Source of the DNA: an uncultured Gammaproteobacteria bacterium
Lineage (GTDB): Bacteria > Patescibacteriota > Microgenomatia > Levybacterales > UBA12049
Length of the DNA stretch: 64,000 nt
Assembly: GCA_964408485.1 (NCBI GenBank)
Contig: CAYOZJ010000002.1
Coordinates: 69,235-133,234, forward strand
Direction: 5' to 3'
Shown: positions 62,485 to 64,000 of the stretch, one piece after another
How positions within the stretch are numbered: position 1 is the first letter of the stretch
How the letters are laid out: every line of letters begins with the position of its first letter
The notes under the pieces: generated by a model
The model's database searches: none
What the model saw: only the letters and a program-made list of their open reading frames with translations
What the model was told of the DNA's origin: nothing
Position numbers and translations under genes: made by a program

Positions 62485-63504
62485 ATGTATAGTAATGTAA
62501 AAGGTATGAGTAAAATAATCTTCTTTGAAGTACAAGAGTGGGAAAAGGAATTTTTAGAAAAAGCATTTGGGGAAAGGGCAGTGTTAACCGATAAAACATT
62601 AGATGCAACAAATGTTTTGGAATATAAAGACATAGAAATTGCTTCTTGTTTTCGAAATTCAACTTTTAATAAACAAGTTTTAGACCAGCTTCCTCATTTA
62701 AAATATATTACAGCTCGCGCAACAGGATTTGACCAGATAGATATTGCGTATTGCACAGAAAAGGGAATCGTTGTGAGTAATGTGCCAGCATATGGAGTGC
62801 ATACTGTTGCCGAGCATGCTTTTACGCTTATGCTTGCTTTAGCAAAAAAACTTATTCCCTCAATTGAGCGTACACGAAAAGGGGATTTCAGCCTGAAAGA
62901 TCTCATGGGAATAGATTTAAATACTAAAACACTTGGTATTGTTGGTGCGGGGAAGATTGGAACAGCGGTTATTCATATTGCCAGATGTTTTGGTATGCAT
63001 ATACTCATTCTTAAGCATCACGATGAAATAAGTGAAAATAGTAACATAGAATATGTTGATTTACCCACACTTCTGAAAAGATCTGATTTTGTTACACTCC
63101 ATTTGCCCCTTACCCAACAGACAAAACATATTATTAATAAGCAAAATATTAAAGAGTTTAAAAAGGGGTCGTACCTTATTAATACAGCTCGGGGAGGACT
63201 TATTGAAACAGAGGCAATTTTGGATGGACTGGAGAGTGGAATTTTGGCAGGAGTAGGACTTGATGTATTGGAAGATGAGAAAATGATTAGTGAAGAAGGG
63301 GAATTATTATCTAACAAGCCGCTACATGAGCATCCATCGGGGACAGAAAGAATTGAAATGGAGCTTCTTAAAAGAGACGATGTGCTCATAACTCCCCATA
63401 AAGCTTTTTATACACAGGAAGCAGTACACGAGCTTTTGGAAGTAACGAAAGAAAATATAGAGAAGTTTGAAAAAGGCGAGCCACAGAATGTTGTAGAAAG
63501 TTAA
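62485..63504 (+). CDS. D-isomer-specific 2-hydroxyacid dehydrogenase family protein
   Basis: NAD-binding GIVGAGKIGTAV and catalytic region ...TLHLPLT...NTARGGL. Confidence 0.85.
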   Translation: MYSNVKGMSKIIFFEVQEWEKEFLEKAFGERAVLTDKTLDATNVLEYKDIEIASCFRNSTFNKQVLDQLPHLKYITARATGFDQIDIAYCTEKGIVVSNVPAYGVHTVAEHAFTLMLALAKKLIPSIERTRKGDFSLKDLMGIDLNTKTLGIVGAGKIGTAVIHIARCFGMHILILKHHDEISENSNIEYVDLPTLLKRSDFVTLHLPLTQQTKHIINKQNIKEFKKGSYLINTARGGLIETEAILDGLESGILAGVGLDVLEDEKMISEEGELLSNKPLHEHPSGTERIEMELLKRDDVLITPHKAFYTQEAVHELLEVTKENIEKFEKGEPQNVVES

Positions 63505-63529
63505 CAGAAGCTTGATTCAGTCTCCTTTC

Positions 63530-63745
63530 ATTGTCATTTCGAACAAAATGAGAAATCTTTTCTTTTTAACTTCTCTTGTACCGACAAGAGAAGCAGAAGC
63601 TCTCGCCAGGCCTTGTTCCAGCTTTCAAAAAAGAGCTTCAAAGCTAAAAGTACGCAGTTCGCTTTCACTTTCTTAACGCTTTTCCGCTCTTTTTCTCTCG
63701 CAGTCACAGCGGATTGGCGAATAAAGACCGCGGAAAATTTACCTC
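63530..63745 (+). repeat. ~200-bp dispersed repeat copy B (upstream of partial ORF at 63780)
   Basis: See copy A at 52003..52235. Confidence 0.7.
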
Positions 63746-63779
63746 ATAGTTGTTGACTTTTTTCAAAAAGAGAGTAGAA

Positions 63780-64000
63780 TGCAAACCAGTATGGTAGTTG
63801 ATAGAGCAGAACAAGCAGCAGCAATAGAGGAAGCACATCAAGCGGCAGAAAGTTTATTAAGAGAAGTTACCCCCAACGAACAACGCAGAACTAGAGATGA
63901 GAATGGTGTCTACAGCGGATACTTTGGAGTAAATGGTACATCTATTGATGTTTTTCAAGATTCAACAGGACACGTAAAAAGCATACGTGTAAGATATCCT
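63780..64000 (+). CDS. hypothetical protein, 3' end beyond window
   Basis: ATG at 63780 (MQTSMVVDRAEQ...) continues to the window edge. Confidence 0.35.

Overview
This is an AT-rich, tightly packed bacterial window mostly on the + strand, with many small genes. Its gene content suggests a reduced-genome, CPR/Patescibacteria-like organism, though that placement is an inference: it has archaeal-type CMP and UMP kinases, an Endonuclease Q homolog, a lone Pol I 5'-nuclease and ultra-small membrane proteins. Housekeeping genes I can support from sequence are a class A PBP (partial), GAPDH, a NrdR-NrdJ (class II RNR) locus next to B12 salvage genes (DUF4430 protein, small membrane protein, PduO adenosyltransferase), MurI, MurD, Tgt, Asp racemase, AlaX, TrpS, FtsH, FtsB, RecF, Pth, UMP kinase, an ATP-dependent DNA ligase, a Zur-ZnuACB operon, a DsbA-like protein and two tRNAs (Ile-UAU and CAU). 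The most unusual feature is a large population of short modular palindromic elements bounded by inverted repeats (GTCAT...ATGAC termini, double hairpins) plus heptamer tandem repeats. They are inserted in-frame into conserved genes (MurD, RecF, YjeF/Nnr, HhH-GPD glycosylase, 5'-nuclease, EndoQ, GT4 glycosyltransferase, Fic and ligase), fused onto gene 3' ends where they supply the stop codon, and chained together in intergenic spacers. Other candidates are listed below: a TrpR-like regulator followed by four tiny highly charged proteins that seem to belong to a dispersed paralogous family of small Arg/Gly-rich proteins; a four-helix-bundle (Avd/IVS-type) gene embedded between the arms of a palindromic element that also occurs empty elsewhere; a VirD4-like coupling ATPase next to a tRNA whose 3' end is duplicated; a ~490-bp hairpin-rich noncoding region; and two copies of a ~200-bp upstream repeat.
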